Assembly (NCBI GenBank): GCA_903836515.1
Contig: CAILQW010000040.1
Span: forward strand, 34,207-98,206
Length of the DNA: 64,000 bases
Direction of reading: 5' to 3'
DNA from: Candidatus Omnitrophota bacterium
GTDB lineage: Bacteria; Omnitrophota; Gorgyraeia; Zapsychrales; Fredricksoniimonadaceae
Part shown: piece after piece, positions 1 through 10,143 of the stretch
Layout: each line of letters begins with the position of its first letter
Position numbering within the stretch: position 1 is the stretch's first letter
Program-made: the position numbers and the translations under genes
The notes under the pieces: generated by a model
The model's database searches: none
The model's input: the letters and a program-made list of their open reading frames with translations, nothing else
What the model was told of the DNA's origin: nothing

Positions 1-298
1 CCCGATCCGTCTGAACACGCGAAGACCTTACGGCGGGACCTTTCGACGCGTTCAACTGACGAAACTGCACCGCTGTGGCATCCGCAGCACAGCCCATTTC
101 ACCACCCAGGATATCAACCTCACGCACCAACTGTCCCTTGCCGACCCCGCCGATGGCCGGATTACAACTCATCTGACCAACGGTCGTAAATGAATAATTG
201 ACCATCAAGGTGGGAACACCCATACGCGCAGGAGCCAGGGCAGCCTCGACACCGGCATGCCCGGATCCGATGATGATACAACCAAAAGAACGTCCCAT
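1..298 (-). CDS. mnmG: N-terminal ~99 aa of tRNA uridine 5-carboxymethylaminomethyl modification enzyme MnmG/GidA (FAD-binding); the gene runs off the window edge.
   Basis: Reverse-strand translation from the ATG at 296-298 reads [33 protein letters not shown]...[29 protein letters not shown]...[22 protein letters not shown]. It carries the GxGxxG FAD motif and the MSCNPAIGG / SKGPAV signatures typical of the MnmG/TrmFO family. It is absent from the ORF track because it is truncated. Confidence 0.7.
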   Translation of the reverse strand, partial: MGRSFGCIIIGSGHAGVEAALAPARMGVPTLMVNYSFTTVGQMSCNPAIGGVGKGQLVREVDILGGEMGCAADATAVQFRQLNASKGPAVRSSRVQTDR

Positions 299-330
299 AT
301 GATGCCTGGTCTTGATGTCAGGAAGGATTG

Positions 331-1344
331 TTAACTGTGCGTTAACGGTATGCAGGAATCACGCACAACAAGTTCAGGTTGAAGGGCGGACTTGAACTTT
401 TCCTCACGCTTGCCGGTGATCAACTCGTGCAACATGTGGACGCCCTTTTCCGCCATTTCAAACAGCGGCTGACGTATCGTCGTAAGGGCGATGGGACCAT
501 AAATGGCCTGGGGATTGTCGTCGAATCCGATCACAGAAACATCTTCAGGGACGCGGATACCCATTTCATACGCCACGGCAATAACCTCAAGCGCCATGTC
601 ATCGCTCTGCGCGAAAATCGCCGTTGGCCTCGAACCCGCCTCCATGGAAAAGAAATATTCAGCGGCCTGCCGTGCGCTGCGGCGCGAATAATCTCCCCGG
701 AAAACATAGGCCTTGGGAACATCAACCCGCTGCTCGTCGAGCTCCTTCATGAATCCGTCAAAACGGTCAAACCCCGCCTGGGTATTCAAATTCCCTGTGA
801 TCGTCGCAATGCGCCTGTGGCCTAAGTTCACCAGATACTCGGCCGCCACCTTCCCGCCTTTGACATTATCAATACCGATATAACTGACATCCAGGTCATG
901 CACCACATTATTGATGATCAGGCACGGGACATTCTGCTCAAGCGCCTGCTCGACCTGTTTGCGATTCTCAATGATATCCACAAAAACGATCCCGCCCAGA
1001 CAGCTGTTATCCAACGCATTGTGCCCGTCGGTAATATGAAAAACCATGTCCAGGCGCAGTGATTCGCAGGCATGCCCGATGCCGCGGATAATCTCAATGG
1101 CAAAAAAAGAATGAAAGATCCCTGGATAACCCGGCATGACAAGCCCTATAGCATTGTTTGCGCCGCTGACCAGGCGTCTGGCGCTCATATTGGGACGGTA
1201 CTTTAGCTCTAGAACCGCTTTTTCGACACGCTTGACATTGACCGGATCAACGGAGGGGAATTTGTTGATAACACGTGAAACAGTCGTAATGGAGACTTTG
1301 GCGCGGCGGGCAACATCTTTAATACTGATGCGTTTGGATGCCAC
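331..1344 (-). CDS. LacI-family transcriptional regulator (N-terminal HTH, periplasmic-binding-protein-like sugar-binding core).
   Basis: 337-aa ORF. The N-terminus [53 protein letters not shown] is the canonical LacI HTH, and the remainder resembles a type-I PBP fold. Confidence 0.9.
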   Translation of the reverse strand: MASKRISIKDVARRAKVSITTVSRVINKFPSVDPVNVKRVEKAVLELKYRPNMSARRLVSGANNAIGLVMPGYPGIFHSFFAIEIIRGIGHACESLRLDMVFHITDGHNALDNSCLGGIVFVDIIENRKQVEQALEQNVPCLIINNVVHDLDVSYIGIDNVKGGKVAAEYLVNLGHRRIATITGNLNTQAGFDRFDGFMKELDEQRVDVPKAYVFRGDYSRRSARQAAEYFFSMEAGSRPTAIFAQSDDMALEVIAVAYEMGIRVPEDVSVIGFDDNPQAIYGPIALTTIRQPLFEMAEKGVHMLHELITGKREEKFKSALQPELVVRDSCIPLTHS

Positions 1345-1352
1345 AGCAATCC

Positions 1353-2729
1353 TTACCTGACAATATCTCCGACAGCCAGGGCAGCGGTCTTTTGCCTGAT
1401 ATCGGCTGCGGAGATATCCTGACGAACCTGAATGACCTCGACCGCGCCGATAGGCGCGCCGTTATGATAAACCCTAAACGCATCGCCAACATTGATACCT
1501 GACTTCTCTCCAAGATTGACGATCACAAAATTATTTTCCTCGTTGACGCTGACGATGCTTCCCTGCAACTTCTTGGCCTGGGCCGATTTTGATGCCGCCT
1601 TGGCCTGTGCGGGAGCCGGTTTCGACGGCACCGTGTCGCCCTTGTTCACGACGATCGGCGCGAGTTCGACCTCGCCTGTCGACGCTTTCGCGCCGCGCCC
1701 GTCAAAACGCGTGTCGATATCTTTCTTGATCTGCCAGACCTCGTCGATACGGTTCTGGATGATGTTCTCCGTTTCCACCAATTTCTTCTCGACGGCACCT
1801 TTTTCATCCGAGAGACTGGCAATGCTCTTTTCAAGCGCCACCTTGGTCGTCGTCAACTGCTTGATGTCCAGACGAAGCTGCTGATTCTCGGCCACCAACT
1901 GTGCCGCGCGATCCAGCGACAACTTCTGCTCGTTGCGCGCACGCGCCAGTTCCACGGACAAATTATCCGCAAGGTCCTCGCCATATTTGATTTTGCGGAC
2001 GATCTCGTCACGCTCATTCTTGATGCGGCCAAGCTCCATATCCAGGTCGGTATTGCCTTTTTTAAGTTCTGCCACTTGAATGTTGGTATTGTTCAGGTCT
2101 TCCTTGGATTTCCTGAGCTCAAGCTCAAGCGCAGCCTTTTGCCGAAGAATACCCGCCCAATAAAGTTCGTTCTCACGGCTTGTCCCCGACGGCATGCCGC
2201 CATTCACGGCAGCACTCGCGCCATCATTGCCAGCCTGTCCGGCAACAGCGCCCTCGCCGGAAGCGTCACCGCTGGCCGCAGGACGATCGCGGTACACAAT
2301 TTTCTCGACGATCTTCTCCGTGACAGGGCGATTTTTCAATTCTGTCACCTGCCGGATCAGCTCATCACGTTCATGACGGAGATTGGATAATTTCCCGTCC
2401 CAATCAGCGCGCTCCTTCTGAACTTTTGTAATATCATCCATCAAACGGGACACTTCACGCCGGGCATCTTCAGACTTTTTCATCAGATCATCCCGCTCGC
2501 CATCACGCTGACCAAGATCCCGCCTCAATTTTTCAGAATCCGCCTGCAACCCAGCCAGCTTCTTTTGCAGGTCGCGTTCTTGAACTTCGTATTGGGTGAT
2601 CTGATTGGAAAGGGAGGAAACTCGGCTTTCCGCCGACTGTTTTTGAAGATAAAAAATAATGGCAAACGCGACGCTCAGGGCGACAAGAATGCCAAGTATC
2701 AGAATACTTTGCTTGATCATTTTCGACAT
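1353..2729 (-). CDS. Membrane-anchored long coiled-coil protein with a Gly/Ala-rich linker and a small C-terminal beta domain; function unknown.
   Basis: The ORF track gives 1353..2798. An internal start MSKMIKQ at 2727-2729 is preferred because GGAGA sits 5 nt upstream. The protein has an N-terminal TM helix (ILILGILVALSVAFAIIFYL) and a heptad-like charged region with repeated LxxLxxE patterns. The C-terminal ~70 aa (GSIVSVNEENNFVIVNLGEKSGINVGDAFRVYHNGAPIGAVEVIQV) looks like a SAF/beta-clip-like domain. Confidence 0.6.
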   Translation of the reverse strand: MSKMIKQSILILGILVALSVAFAIIFYLQKQSAESRVSSLSNQITQYEVQERDLQKKLAGLQADSEKLRRDLGQRDGERDDLMKKSEDARREVSRLMDDITKVQKERADWDGKLSNLRHERDELIRQVTELKNRPVTEKIVEKIVYRDRPAASGDASGEGAVAGQAGNDGASAAVNGGMPSGTSRENELYWAGILRQKAALELELRKSKEDLNNTNIQVAELKKGNTDLDMELGRIKNERDEIVRKIKYGEDLADNLSVELARARNEQKLSLDRAAQLVAENQQLRLDIKQLTTTKVALEKSIASLSDEKGAVEKKLVETENIIQNRIDEVWQIKKDIDTRFDGRGAKASTGEVELAPIVVNKGDTVPSKPAPAQAKAASKSAQAKKLQGSIVSVNEENNFVIVNLGEKSGINVGDAFRVYHNGAPIGAVEVIQVRQDISAADIRQKTAALAVGDIVR

Positions 2730-2880
2730 GATATCTCCAGATCTGCAAGGTGGCTTGTGAACATCTGAGATACTATCAAAGGAGAGGTCTGGACTCAAGA
2801 AAAAAAGAGATTATTTTTCCTTAATGCGGAGCGGCCATTACGACGAGCATAAAAACACGGCCGTAAAGACGTAACTTCAA

Positions 2881-3564
2881 TCATTCAAAACGGATATTAT
2901 CGAGGTAGAAGGTGCAGTGATGCGGGTTGGCATCCACGTTGGTGACCCACGCGAAGCCGCCGCTGATATAGGACAGGTCCTTGCCCCGCAGGTCAATGAT
3001 ATACTCTTTCCACTCCTTGGAAAGAATCACCGGGCCAATAACAGCCGTATCGCTGTCAGGGTACAGCTGGCTGGCGCCCAGGCCTCCGATGCGAAACTCT
3101 TCAATGCGCTCCCCGCCCATCTCTCCCTTGGCCCAAAAAACAAGCCTGGCCGCGCCTGTCAGATTATAACCGCCTTTTCTCGTGCCCCAATTATCAGGTG
3201 GATTCTGCCAGTAAATACCGGCCCACTTGCGACCTTCGCGCGAACACGCGATATCATAAACCACGCGGATACAGGTTTTCCCGTCCTTGACATCATGCTG
3301 CCACGCATCATCAAGGCTAAGGCAGTCGCCTGTCGGCATGTACCCGGAAGGGGTATATCTGTTCCTGGAGCTTTTATCCTGATAAACAAAAAAGGGTTCA
3401 AACGCCGGTCCCTGGCCCTGGGGCTTGACAGCTGTTGGAACCGCCGTATTCCTGGCGTCCACAGAACTCTGTTTTCCAGCCGCGGCGCCGGGCGTGTTGG
3501 AACACGCCGCGACGCTCACAGCCAGAAAAAGAACACTGATACTGTAAAAGGAACGCTTGATCAT
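2881..3564 (-). CDS. Lipoprotein with a possible carbohydrate-binding beta-sandwich domain.
   Basis: Signal peptide plus lipobox (LFLAVSVAAC). The C-terminal region is Trp/Tyr-rich and ends ...CTFYLDNIRFE, reminiscent of CBM-like modules. The start overlaps the upstream gene stop by 1 nt (TAATG). Confidence 0.55.
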   Translation of the reverse strand: MIKRSFYSISVLFLAVSVAACSNTPGAAAGKQSSVDARNTAVPTAVKPQGQGPAFEPFFVYQDKSSRNRYTPSGYMPTGDCLSLDDAWQHDVKDGKTCIRVVYDIACSREGRKWAGIYWQNPPDNWGTRKGGYNLTGAARLVFWAKGEMGGERIEEFRIGGLGASQLYPDSDTAVIGPVILSKEWKEYIIDLRGKDLSYISGGFAWVTNVDANPHHCTFYLDNIRFE

Positions 3565-4493
3565 TATTTCTTGGTTTCGACCTTGGCAGCTGCTTTGGTT
3601 TCAGCCTTCGTATCGGCCTTAACATCAGCCCCAAGTTCGATCAACTTCTGCTGAGCCGCTTCCGCAGGCTTCCAGAACCAACCGTTGGGATCCCAGCACT
3701 GTGCGTAAAAGAAATCGTTTACAACCTTCTGAAACGCAGCAATCGCTTCTTCTTTCTTACCAGCCTGACGATAGGCTTCGCCCAGGATGAAATATCCGGT
3801 GCCCACATCATTGAGCGCCCAGTAAGAATGGATCTTCTCAGGGGATTCCCAGGCATATTCGGTCATGGACGCCTGCATTTCCTTGGCCTTGGCCCCGTAA
3901 ACAGAAACCAGCTTCGCATGATACGCCATCACAAGGGTCAGGTCCTTCTTGTTGTTGGAATCCCACAAACGGTTGACCAGTGTCGCCGAAGACATGTTGC
4001 CGAAATCAAGGTCAAGCCCCTTTTCCATCATGGAAATCTTGTCCTTGGCCGCATCCACAGGCTTCCAGAACGCCTTGTTGCTGGGGTCATACGTCTGTCC
4101 GTAGGAAAATTCCTTGGTGATGCGTTCAAACGCAGCCTTGGCCTTGTCGAGCTGCTTGGCCTGGCGGTAGGCTTCGCCCTGGATATAAAGACATGTGGCC
4201 ACATCATTAAGAGCCCAGTAGGCAAAAACCTGCTGCGATTCCCCCGAAGGATAATCCTTCAAACCAGCCTGCATCTTAGCCGCTTCAGCCGCATAAAGCT
4301 CGATGCACTTGTTCGTATACACAAGCACCCCATCAAGATTTTTGTCAGCGAGGGCCTGCCAGCCCTTGGCGGCCAGTGTCTCGGACTTGAAATCACCAAA
4401 ACTGTAAACCGGTGCAGCAGCCTGTTCCGCATTCGCGATCTGGATGCCTGCTGCGGCAAGAACCAGCGCGCACATCATAACGACCTTCTTCAT
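3564..4493 (-). CDS. Secreted protein with two copies of a ~110-aa TPR-like helical repeat module.
   Basis: The true start is taken as MKKVVMMCALVLAAAGIQIANA at 4491-4493, because a perfect AGGAGG lies 8 nt upstream. The longer ORF-track start at 4592 is rejected. Internal repeats: YWALNDVATCLYIQGEAYRQAKQLDKAKAAFERITKEFSYGQTYDPSNKAFWKP and YWALNDVGTGYFILGEAYRQAGKKEEAIAAFQKVVNDFFYAQCWDPNGWFWKP. Confidence 0.7.
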   Translation of the reverse strand: MKKVVMMCALVLAAAGIQIANAEQAAAPVYSFGDFKSETLAAKGWQALADKNLDGVLVYTNKCIELYAAEAAKMQAGLKDYPSGESQQVFAYWALNDVATCLYIQGEAYRQAKQLDKAKAAFERITKEFSYGQTYDPSNKAFWKPVDAAKDKISMMEKGLDLDFGNMSSATLVNRLWDSNNKKDLTLVMAYHAKLVSVYGAKAKEMQASMTEYAWESPEKIHSYWALNDVGTGYFILGEAYRQAGKKEEAIAAFQKVVNDFFYAQCWDPNGWFWKPAEAAQQKLIELGADVKADTKAETKAAAKVETKK

Positions 4494-4616
4494 TCTACTA
4501 CCTCCTGTTTGTTTTGAACTGGCTCCTGCCAACATCATCGGCTCGCGGCCGAAAGGGCAGGTTGCTCTAGAATATGCCCATAAGTATGCCATATTTCCGG
4601 CTTCTGCGCCACAATG

Positions 4617-6935
4617 TTATTTCTTGCCAGTCCACATCTTCTGATACGTAAAATAAGCCTTTCGCGGCTGACGCAATAACGGGCTCGCGGAACCATCGCC
4701 TTGTCCCATCAACCCGAACCATTCTTCAAAATAATATCCGCCGGCAAAAGGCCCTATTACATCCGCCTTGGTGTCATGCCGGCGGGGTTCATAGTTTTTC
4801 CACCACTCATCCAGCCATTCAAAAGCAATCCCGCCCACCGCGTTGCCTTCGCCCTCAGCATATCCGGCTGAATTGGCCATGATATCCATCCAGCTGCCCT
4901 GATGGTAAAGCGCTTGTTCCTGTTCCGCTTCGTCACGATCCGCAATCTTGGAATACCCCGGTGCGCCATATTCCGTAATGAACGCAGGGCGGTCCGCCGT
5001 TTCCCGGACCTCATCCCAAAAAGCACCAAAACCATAATCCCCCCGATAAACATTCGCACCGTACGCATCAACCTCGGGGGCAAATTCCGCCATCTTGTCG
5101 ACAAAAAGAACATCGCCGTTGCAAATCGCCACAGGATGGTCCGGGTCGATCTCCTTGATCCTCTTGGCCACTGCGTTGACAAATTTGAAATAAGCCTCGG
5201 GCTTCTTGTCCGCGTTGGAAGCAACCCCGTAATTGTTCTCATTGCCCAGAAGCCACATGAGAATGAAGGGTTCATCCTTGAACTCCCGCACCATCGCCTC
5301 TACGTTCCTCATCATGCTGGCCAAATGCCACGCATTCTCATAATCGGTCCCACTCTTCCAGTCCGCCCCGGATCCCAGCGCATATTTACCCAGGAAATCC
5401 CCCATGATCACCATGATCCCGTATTTCTGATACATTTCCCGCAATAATTCAACATTGATCTTGTTGTTATTGTGATAAATACGAACTGTATTCACGCCCA
5501 TGTTTTTCATCAACTCAAGATCTCCGACGAAAACTTCGCCGGCATCCTGAACATTATTCCGGTTGACGTCAACCCAGGCCCTGTGCGGACTGTCATCCCC
5601 CTGGTACATCCAGTTTTCCAGCGTCCCGTTATCGGGGCTCTGTCCGATTTTGGTCGGTGCGTAGGTCACACCCTTGATCACAAACGGCTGGCCATTGACA
5701 AACATGCGCCAGTGCCCGTTGGCATACTGGACAAAACTTGTTTTATTGCCGCCCAGCGTACGCTTCACCTTCCCCAAAGGTTCCGTCTTAAGCGCAGAAC
5801 CGCCCTTGCCCTGGCTGAGGATCCCCGGGTCAACTTCAAAGATATCATTGGAGGTGTTCTTATCCGTTCCGTTGATCACGCGTATCTTGCCGCCGGTATA
5901 CCGCAGCCCCAATTCCGGATGCAGCCGGATAATATTCTTGATCTTCGCCACCGCCGCCTGGGCCGGGTACCATTGTGTTTGCCAATAGGTAACACCGGAA
6001 GATCTCGGAAAATGCACAATCAACGCATAATAAGCCTTGACCGCCTCCGCGTACATCTTGGCTTTTTCAAAAATAAGAGCCGTATAAAAAAGTTTGACGC
6101 CGGGATTTTCAGACGCGGTCGCCCATTTATAAAAGGCCGCCTCAAGATCGCGCGTATTCACATGATCCCAATGCGTGCCGCCCAGCCGTCCTTCCTTGAA
6201 AACTTCCCTGTAACGCGGGTCTTTGAGGGCATCGCCGGTATTCGGATAAATCCCCTCCCCGACCGCGGCCGCCAAAACCGAAGGATGGTTCATTTCAAAC
6301 TTGTAATCCCTGGTCCCCACCCCGATGAATCTGCCATATTTTTTGTAATCAACAACCTTGTCCTTGCCGGGAAAAGCAAGAACGGGTTTTGTCAGCGGCA
6401 CCACAGGCGCGGTCTCTTCCCTTTTTTCTGCCGCGCCGGTCAGCTGATCCATCACGATGCCGCTTTTTTCCGCAATCGACCAATACCCGCCGCGGCTTGC
6501 ATCCCAGGCCTGGGCATAAGGAAATTTTTCAACGATCCCTTTGGCCAGGGCAACAGCGTCCTCGGTTTTCCCCTGCGTACGCAATGATTCCAGCAGAACA
6601 AAATGGACTGTACCGACATCGTTCATCACCTGGTATTCCTTGACATGCTCGCGCGCTGGAAAATCTTTGAGGGTGCCGGCGAGGGTTGCCGCTTGGGCAC
6701 CGTATTTTTCAACCGCCGCGTCAAAAAGACGCTTCACTTCGGCATGATCGGCCCTGTTAAGCGCATCCCAGGCAAGACGGGCCAGATCATCCGACGTTAA
6801 CGCTACGGCTTCCACCGGCTTAGGGACCACCGCCTCAACTGACGCGGGCTCAGACACTGTCTGGGCATAAAGCGCGTGCGGAAGTACCGTCAAGAAAACA
6901 CCAGCAATAACGGCCTTAACAACAAAATTTTTCAT
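4617..6935 (-). CDS. Secreted clan GH-A (TIM-barrel) glycoside hydrolase with an N-terminal copy of the TPR-like module found in the neighbouring gene; GH5/GH2-like, exact family not determined.
   Basis: Start taken at MKNFVVKAVIAGVFLTVLPHALYAQ (AAGGA 8 nt upstream); the ORF track gives a GTG start at 6956. A signal peptide is present. GVNTVRIYHNN...LMWLLGNENNYG carries an NE-type acid/base catalytic motif, and FITEYGAPG is a nucleophile-Glu-type motif. The N-terminal module EYQVMNDVGTVHFVLLESLRTQGKTEDAVALAKGIVEKFPYAQAWD matches the repeats in the 3564..4493 gene. Confidence 0.7.
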   Translation of the reverse strand: MKNFVVKAVIAGVFLTVLPHALYAQTVSEPASVEAVVPKPVEAVALTSDDLARLAWDALNRADHAEVKRLFDAAVEKYGAQAATLAGTLKDFPAREHVKEYQVMNDVGTVHFVLLESLRTQGKTEDAVALAKGIVEKFPYAQAWDASRGGYWSIAEKSGIVMDQLTGAAEKREETAPVVPLTKPVLAFPGKDKVVDYKKYGRFIGVGTRDYKFEMNHPSVLAAAVGEGIYPNTGDALKDPRYREVFKEGRLGGTHWDHVNTRDLEAAFYKWATASENPGVKLFYTALIFEKAKMYAEAVKAYYALIVHFPRSSGVTYWQTQWYPAQAAVAKIKNIIRLHPELGLRYTGGKIRVINGTDKNTSNDIFEVDPGILSQGKGGSALKTEPLGKVKRTLGGNKTSFVQYANGHWRMFVNGQPFVIKGVTYAPTKIGQSPDNGTLENWMYQGDDSPHRAWVDVNRNNVQDAGEVFVGDLELMKNMGVNTVRIYHNNNKINVELLREMYQKYGIMVIMGDFLGKYALGSGADWKSGTDYENAWHLASMMRNVEAMVREFKDEPFILMWLLGNENNYGVASNADKKPEAYFKFVNAVAKRIKEIDPDHPVAICNGDVLFVDKMAEFAPEVDAYGANVYRGDYGFGAFWDEVRETADRPAFITEYGAPGYSKIADRDEAEQEQALYHQGSWMDIMANSAGYAEGEGNAVGGIAFEWLDEWWKNYEPRRHDTKADVIGPFAGGYYFEEWFGLMGQGDGSASPLLRQPRKAYFTYQKMWTGKK

Positions 6936-6967
6936 AAATTTTATCCTTTTTAACACTATCCCCTGGA

Positions 6968-7813
6968 TCAGCCGACAATTGCACCCGACGAAAGCCCCTT
7001 GATAATGTGCTTCTGCATGAATAAATACACCGCCACAATGGGGATGGCCGTCATGGTCAATCCCGCCATTAACACAGGATAATCCACCTGATACGCACCG
7101 TTGAACACCATGAGACCCCGCTGCAAGGGCATTAAATTGTTGTCGCTTAAAAGAAGTGTCGCCAGAATATATTCGTTCCAGACATTCAAGGAATTATAAA
7201 TCACAACAACCGCCAGGGCCGGCGCAGCCAAGGGAAGCGCCATGTGCCACCAGATCTGGATGCGGCTGCACCCGTCGATGCGAGCGGCATCCTCAAGATC
7301 TGAGGGCATTTTATCAAAAAACGTCTTTAGCAGAAGAATACTCAGCGAAAGGCCGACATTGATCATACACAAAATATAACCGAAACGGGTATTGACCAGG
7401 TGGAGCTTGTTCATCAGGACAAAAAGGGGGACAAATGACCCTGGCAGCGGGATCATCATCGCCGCGATGAACATATAAAACAAGGCGTCCTTGCCCGGAA
7501 ACTTGAGACGGGAGAACGCGAATGCGGCCAGTGATGAAATAATAACGATCCCCATGACCACACTGACCGTATAAATCAAGCTGTTAAAGAAATAAACGCC
7601 AAAATTGCCCTTGGTCCAGGCCACCGCATAATTATGCCAGTTCCACTCATGCGGGAGGAGCGACTGATCCACAAAGATCGTGGCATTGGACATCAAGGAC
7701 GAACGCACCATCCAGAAAATCGGAAAAAGGCAGGAGATCGTCACTGTCAGAAGAAAAATGTGCAGCAGCGTATTCTTGAAAAAGCCCTGAATCAGGTATT
7801 TGTTGGCAATCAT
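6968..7813 (-). CDS. Carbohydrate ABC transporter permease (MalG/CUT1-type).
   Basis: 281 aa and multi-TM. The EAA-loop motif DLEDAARIDGCSRIQIWWHMALPLAAPAL is typical of sugar ABC permeases. Confidence 0.85.
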   Translation of the reverse strand: MIANKYLIQGFFKNTLLHIFLLTVTISCLFPIFWMVRSSLMSNATIFVDQSLLPHEWNWHNYAVAWTKGNFGVYFFNSLIYTVSVVMGIVIISSLAAFAFSRLKFPGKDALFYMFIAAMMIPLPGSFVPLFVLMNKLHLVNTRFGYILCMINVGLSLSILLLKTFFDKMPSDLEDAARIDGCSRIQIWWHMALPLAAPALAVVVIYNSLNVWNEYILATLLLSDNNLMPLQRGLMVFNGAYQVDYPVLMAGLTMTAIPIVAVYLFMQKHIIKGLSSGAIVG

Positions 7814-7814
7814 A

Positions 7815-8738
7815 TCAGGCCTGCTTGATGCGATTGGAAAAAGATTTCAGCGTAAAAGAGACCGTTACCAGTAGTATCCCCAGGATTACTGCCTGGGCGC
7901 AGGCATAACCAAACTGATTTGTGCCCGACATGGCGCCCAAAATGCGCGTCACAGGAACTTCCGTATGATAAACAAGGCCCTGATTGACCAAAGAAAGAAT
8001 GAGGACAAACACCTGCATGGATCCCAGGATAGTTAAGATCACCACCAGCACAATGACCGGCAACATCATGGGTAGCGTGATGTTCCAAAACGTACGCCAC
8101 ATCCCCGCGCCATCAACCTTGGCTGCTTCGTAAAGCTGACGGTCAATGGTTTGCAGGCCGGCCAGCAGTATGATGAATCCCCACCCGAATCCCTTCCACG
8201 CATGAACCACGGCAATGCACGTCAGCGCGGTCTTGGGATCGGAGAGCCAATTATGAATAAGATGCGGCAGCCCGATCTGCGCCAGAAAATTATTGAAAAG
8301 CCCGATCTGCTGGCCGTTATGCATACCTGAATTCAAAATCCAGTTCCAAAGAATACCGACAACAACCTCGGAAAGTACCGGTGGAATAAAAAAAACCAGG
8401 CGATAAAAGTGTTTCAGGCGGATCTCGCGGTCGCACGCCAGGGCCAGGGCAAAAGCAAGCGCGTTCTGGAACGTAAGGGCGATCAGCGTAATATACCCCG
8501 CGTGCCCCATCGACGTCCACCACACCTTGTCAACCGCCAATTCCTGAAAATTCCTCAGCCCGATAAAAACCTTGGGGCCGATGCCCTGCCACTGATGCAG
8601 GGACAAATTGAAGAGTTCGAAAAATGGATAAATATAAAATATGCAGAAAATAGCCACAGCCGGAAAGACAAAAAGAAAATTCTTGAACGCATCCAGGGAG
8701 CGGGTTGCCGTATAGCGGTTATACGTTTTCAACAACAT
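7815..8738 (-). CDS. Carbohydrate ABC transporter permease (MalF/CUT1-type).
   Basis: 307 aa and multi-TM. EAA motif YEAAKVDGAGMWRTFWNITLPMMLPVI. It lies 1 nt from the downstream permease gene. Confidence 0.85.
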   Translation of the reverse strand: MLLKTYNRYTATRSLDAFKNFLFVFPAVAIFCIFYIYPFFELFNLSLHQWQGIGPKVFIGLRNFQELAVDKVWWTSMGHAGYITLIALTFQNALAFALALACDREIRLKHFYRLVFFIPPVLSEVVVGILWNWILNSGMHNGQQIGLFNNFLAQIGLPHLIHNWLSDPKTALTCIAVVHAWKGFGWGFIILLAGLQTIDRQLYEAAKVDGAGMWRTFWNITLPMMLPVIVLVVILTILGSMQVFVLILSLVNQGLVYHTEVPVTRILGAMSGTNQFGYACAQAVILGILLVTVSFTLKSFSNRIKQA

Positions 8739-8811
8739 GTACGTTCCTGTCCCTGCGGGTTGATGAACCCGGACCTTTTGCCTTGACTACCCCTGCCGCG
8801 CCTGCCCCGTC

Positions 8812-10104
8812 TTACGGCCGCGCCGCCCTGCCCATCTGCCGCACTTTCACGGACTGCACTTCCCCGGCAACCTGTTGTGGCGTTTCATCACCGATCATGA
8901 TCGCCTGAATGCCTTTATCAAACGCCTCCACAACCAACGGGTCCTCATTGAGAGGCCAGATATTCGGATGCGTGGTGTTCTCCATAACCTTTGAAAACCC
9001 CCCCAGAACATCTGTGAACGCCCTGTGCGCATCACGGTTGGCAGGAAGATTGTTCGTCTTCTCGGCAAGATACGTCTGCTGTTCTGCCGCCGTCAACCAC
9101 TTGAGGAACGCCACAGCCTTGTCCTTGTTGGGAGAAAGATCATTAACAACGAGAGATGATCCAGCCCCATCCCACATGCGCATGGGAAAATTGGAACTGA
9201 CAGGCGGCAGCGGCAGGACGCCATAATCCAGGCCGGGATTCATGGTTTTGTAAATATTCACGCACCATGACCCGTCAAAGGAAAATGCCGCCCGTTCCAG
9301 GGCAAAATCCTGCTCGGCATATTTGTTGCCTTTGGTAACGATGCCCTCCATAAAGACACCCTTATCCGCGAGCTTTTTGAACAGAGCAAATACCGCAATC
9401 CAATCAGGGTCCGTATAGGGCACCTCTCCGCGGAACGTTGCCATCACCTTGGCTTCACCCATAATATTAAACGCGTAATTGGAGGCAAAACAATCAACGA
9501 TCCACATCTCGCCAAATCCGGTCACAAAAGGCGGAATGCCCACACGCCTTAACGCTTGCGCATCCGCGATAAAATCATCGAATGTAGCCGGGGGCTTCAT
9601 GATCCCGGCGCGCTTAAGGAGGGCGCGGTTATACACCATCTGAATATTCGACACATCCAGAGGGACCCCGTAGATCCCCGGCTTAACCTTATCCACATTC
9701 CCTTCAACAAACCGATTATTATTGATCGCCTTGGCGAACAAGCGTTTTTCCCAGGCCCCATTATCCGCCTTGAAAGCCTCCGTCAAGTCGGCCACATACC
9801 CGGCTTTTATAAAGGAAGCCACGATTGATTTCTTGTCGAGAATACCGTAAATATCCGGCAGGACATTGGCCTGTGCCGCTGCGATCACTTTTTGTGTATA
9901 TGAATCCGACGGGGCGAAAAGGGCGATCTTGACCTTGATTCCGGTCTGCTGTTCATATCTTTCGGCAAGTGCCTGGAGGGAATCCTGGCGATCCGTCATC
10001 CAATGCCAGACCTCAATCTCATTGGCTGTCTTCTTGGCCTGCGCGCAGCCCAAGGCCATTCCTGCCAGCACCGCACAAAACATCCAGGAAACAAGCCTTC
10101 TCAC
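8812..10104 (-). CDS. Extracellular solute-binding protein of a sugar ABC transporter (family 1 SBP).
   Basis: 430 aa. Signal peptide MRRLVSWMFCAVLAGMALGCAQA. The length and composition (W/Y/D-rich, KIALFAPSDSYTQKV...) are typical of oligosaccharide SBPs, and it sits first in the operon upstream of the two permeases. Confidence 0.8.
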   Translation of the reverse strand: MRRLVSWMFCAVLAGMALGCAQAKKTANEIEVWHWMTDRQDSLQALAERYEQQTGIKVKIALFAPSDSYTQKVIAAAQANVLPDIYGILDKKSIVASFIKAGYVADLTEAFKADNGAWEKRLFAKAINNNRFVEGNVDKVKPGIYGVPLDVSNIQMVYNRALLKRAGIMKPPATFDDFIADAQALRRVGIPPFVTGFGEMWIVDCFASNYAFNIMGEAKVMATFRGEVPYTDPDWIAVFALFKKLADKGVFMEGIVTKGNKYAEQDFALERAAFSFDGSWCVNIYKTMNPGLDYGVLPLPPVSSNFPMRMWDGAGSSLVVNDLSPNKDKAVAFLKWLTAAEQQTYLAEKTNNLPANRDAHRAFTDVLGGFSKVMENTTHPNIWPLNEDPLVVEAFDKGIQAIMIGDETPQQVAGEVQSVKVRQMGRAARP

Positions 10105-10143
10105 ATGTTCTCCATCTGTTTGAGCGACTATAAAATATAATTA

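Noticed and set aside
3564-4592. Longer ORF-track N-terminal extensions for several genes: 4592 for the repeat protein, 2798 for the coiled-coil protein, 47596 / 48666 / 48940 / 42143 for pilins, and 14271 for cvpA.
   Set aside because: Internal starts have strong RBSs and give proper signal peptides or Flp leader motifs. The extensions lack an RBS, overlap upstream genes or encode improbable Arg-rich leaders.
5472-6587. 371-aa plus-strand ORF antisense to the glycoside hydrolase gene. Similar cases are 10317..11567 antisense to the GH94-like gene, 2917..3654 and 3828..4517.
   Set aside because: Same reason: shadow ORFs. The minus-strand products have clear signal peptides and catalytic motifs, whereas the plus-strand translations are featureless.
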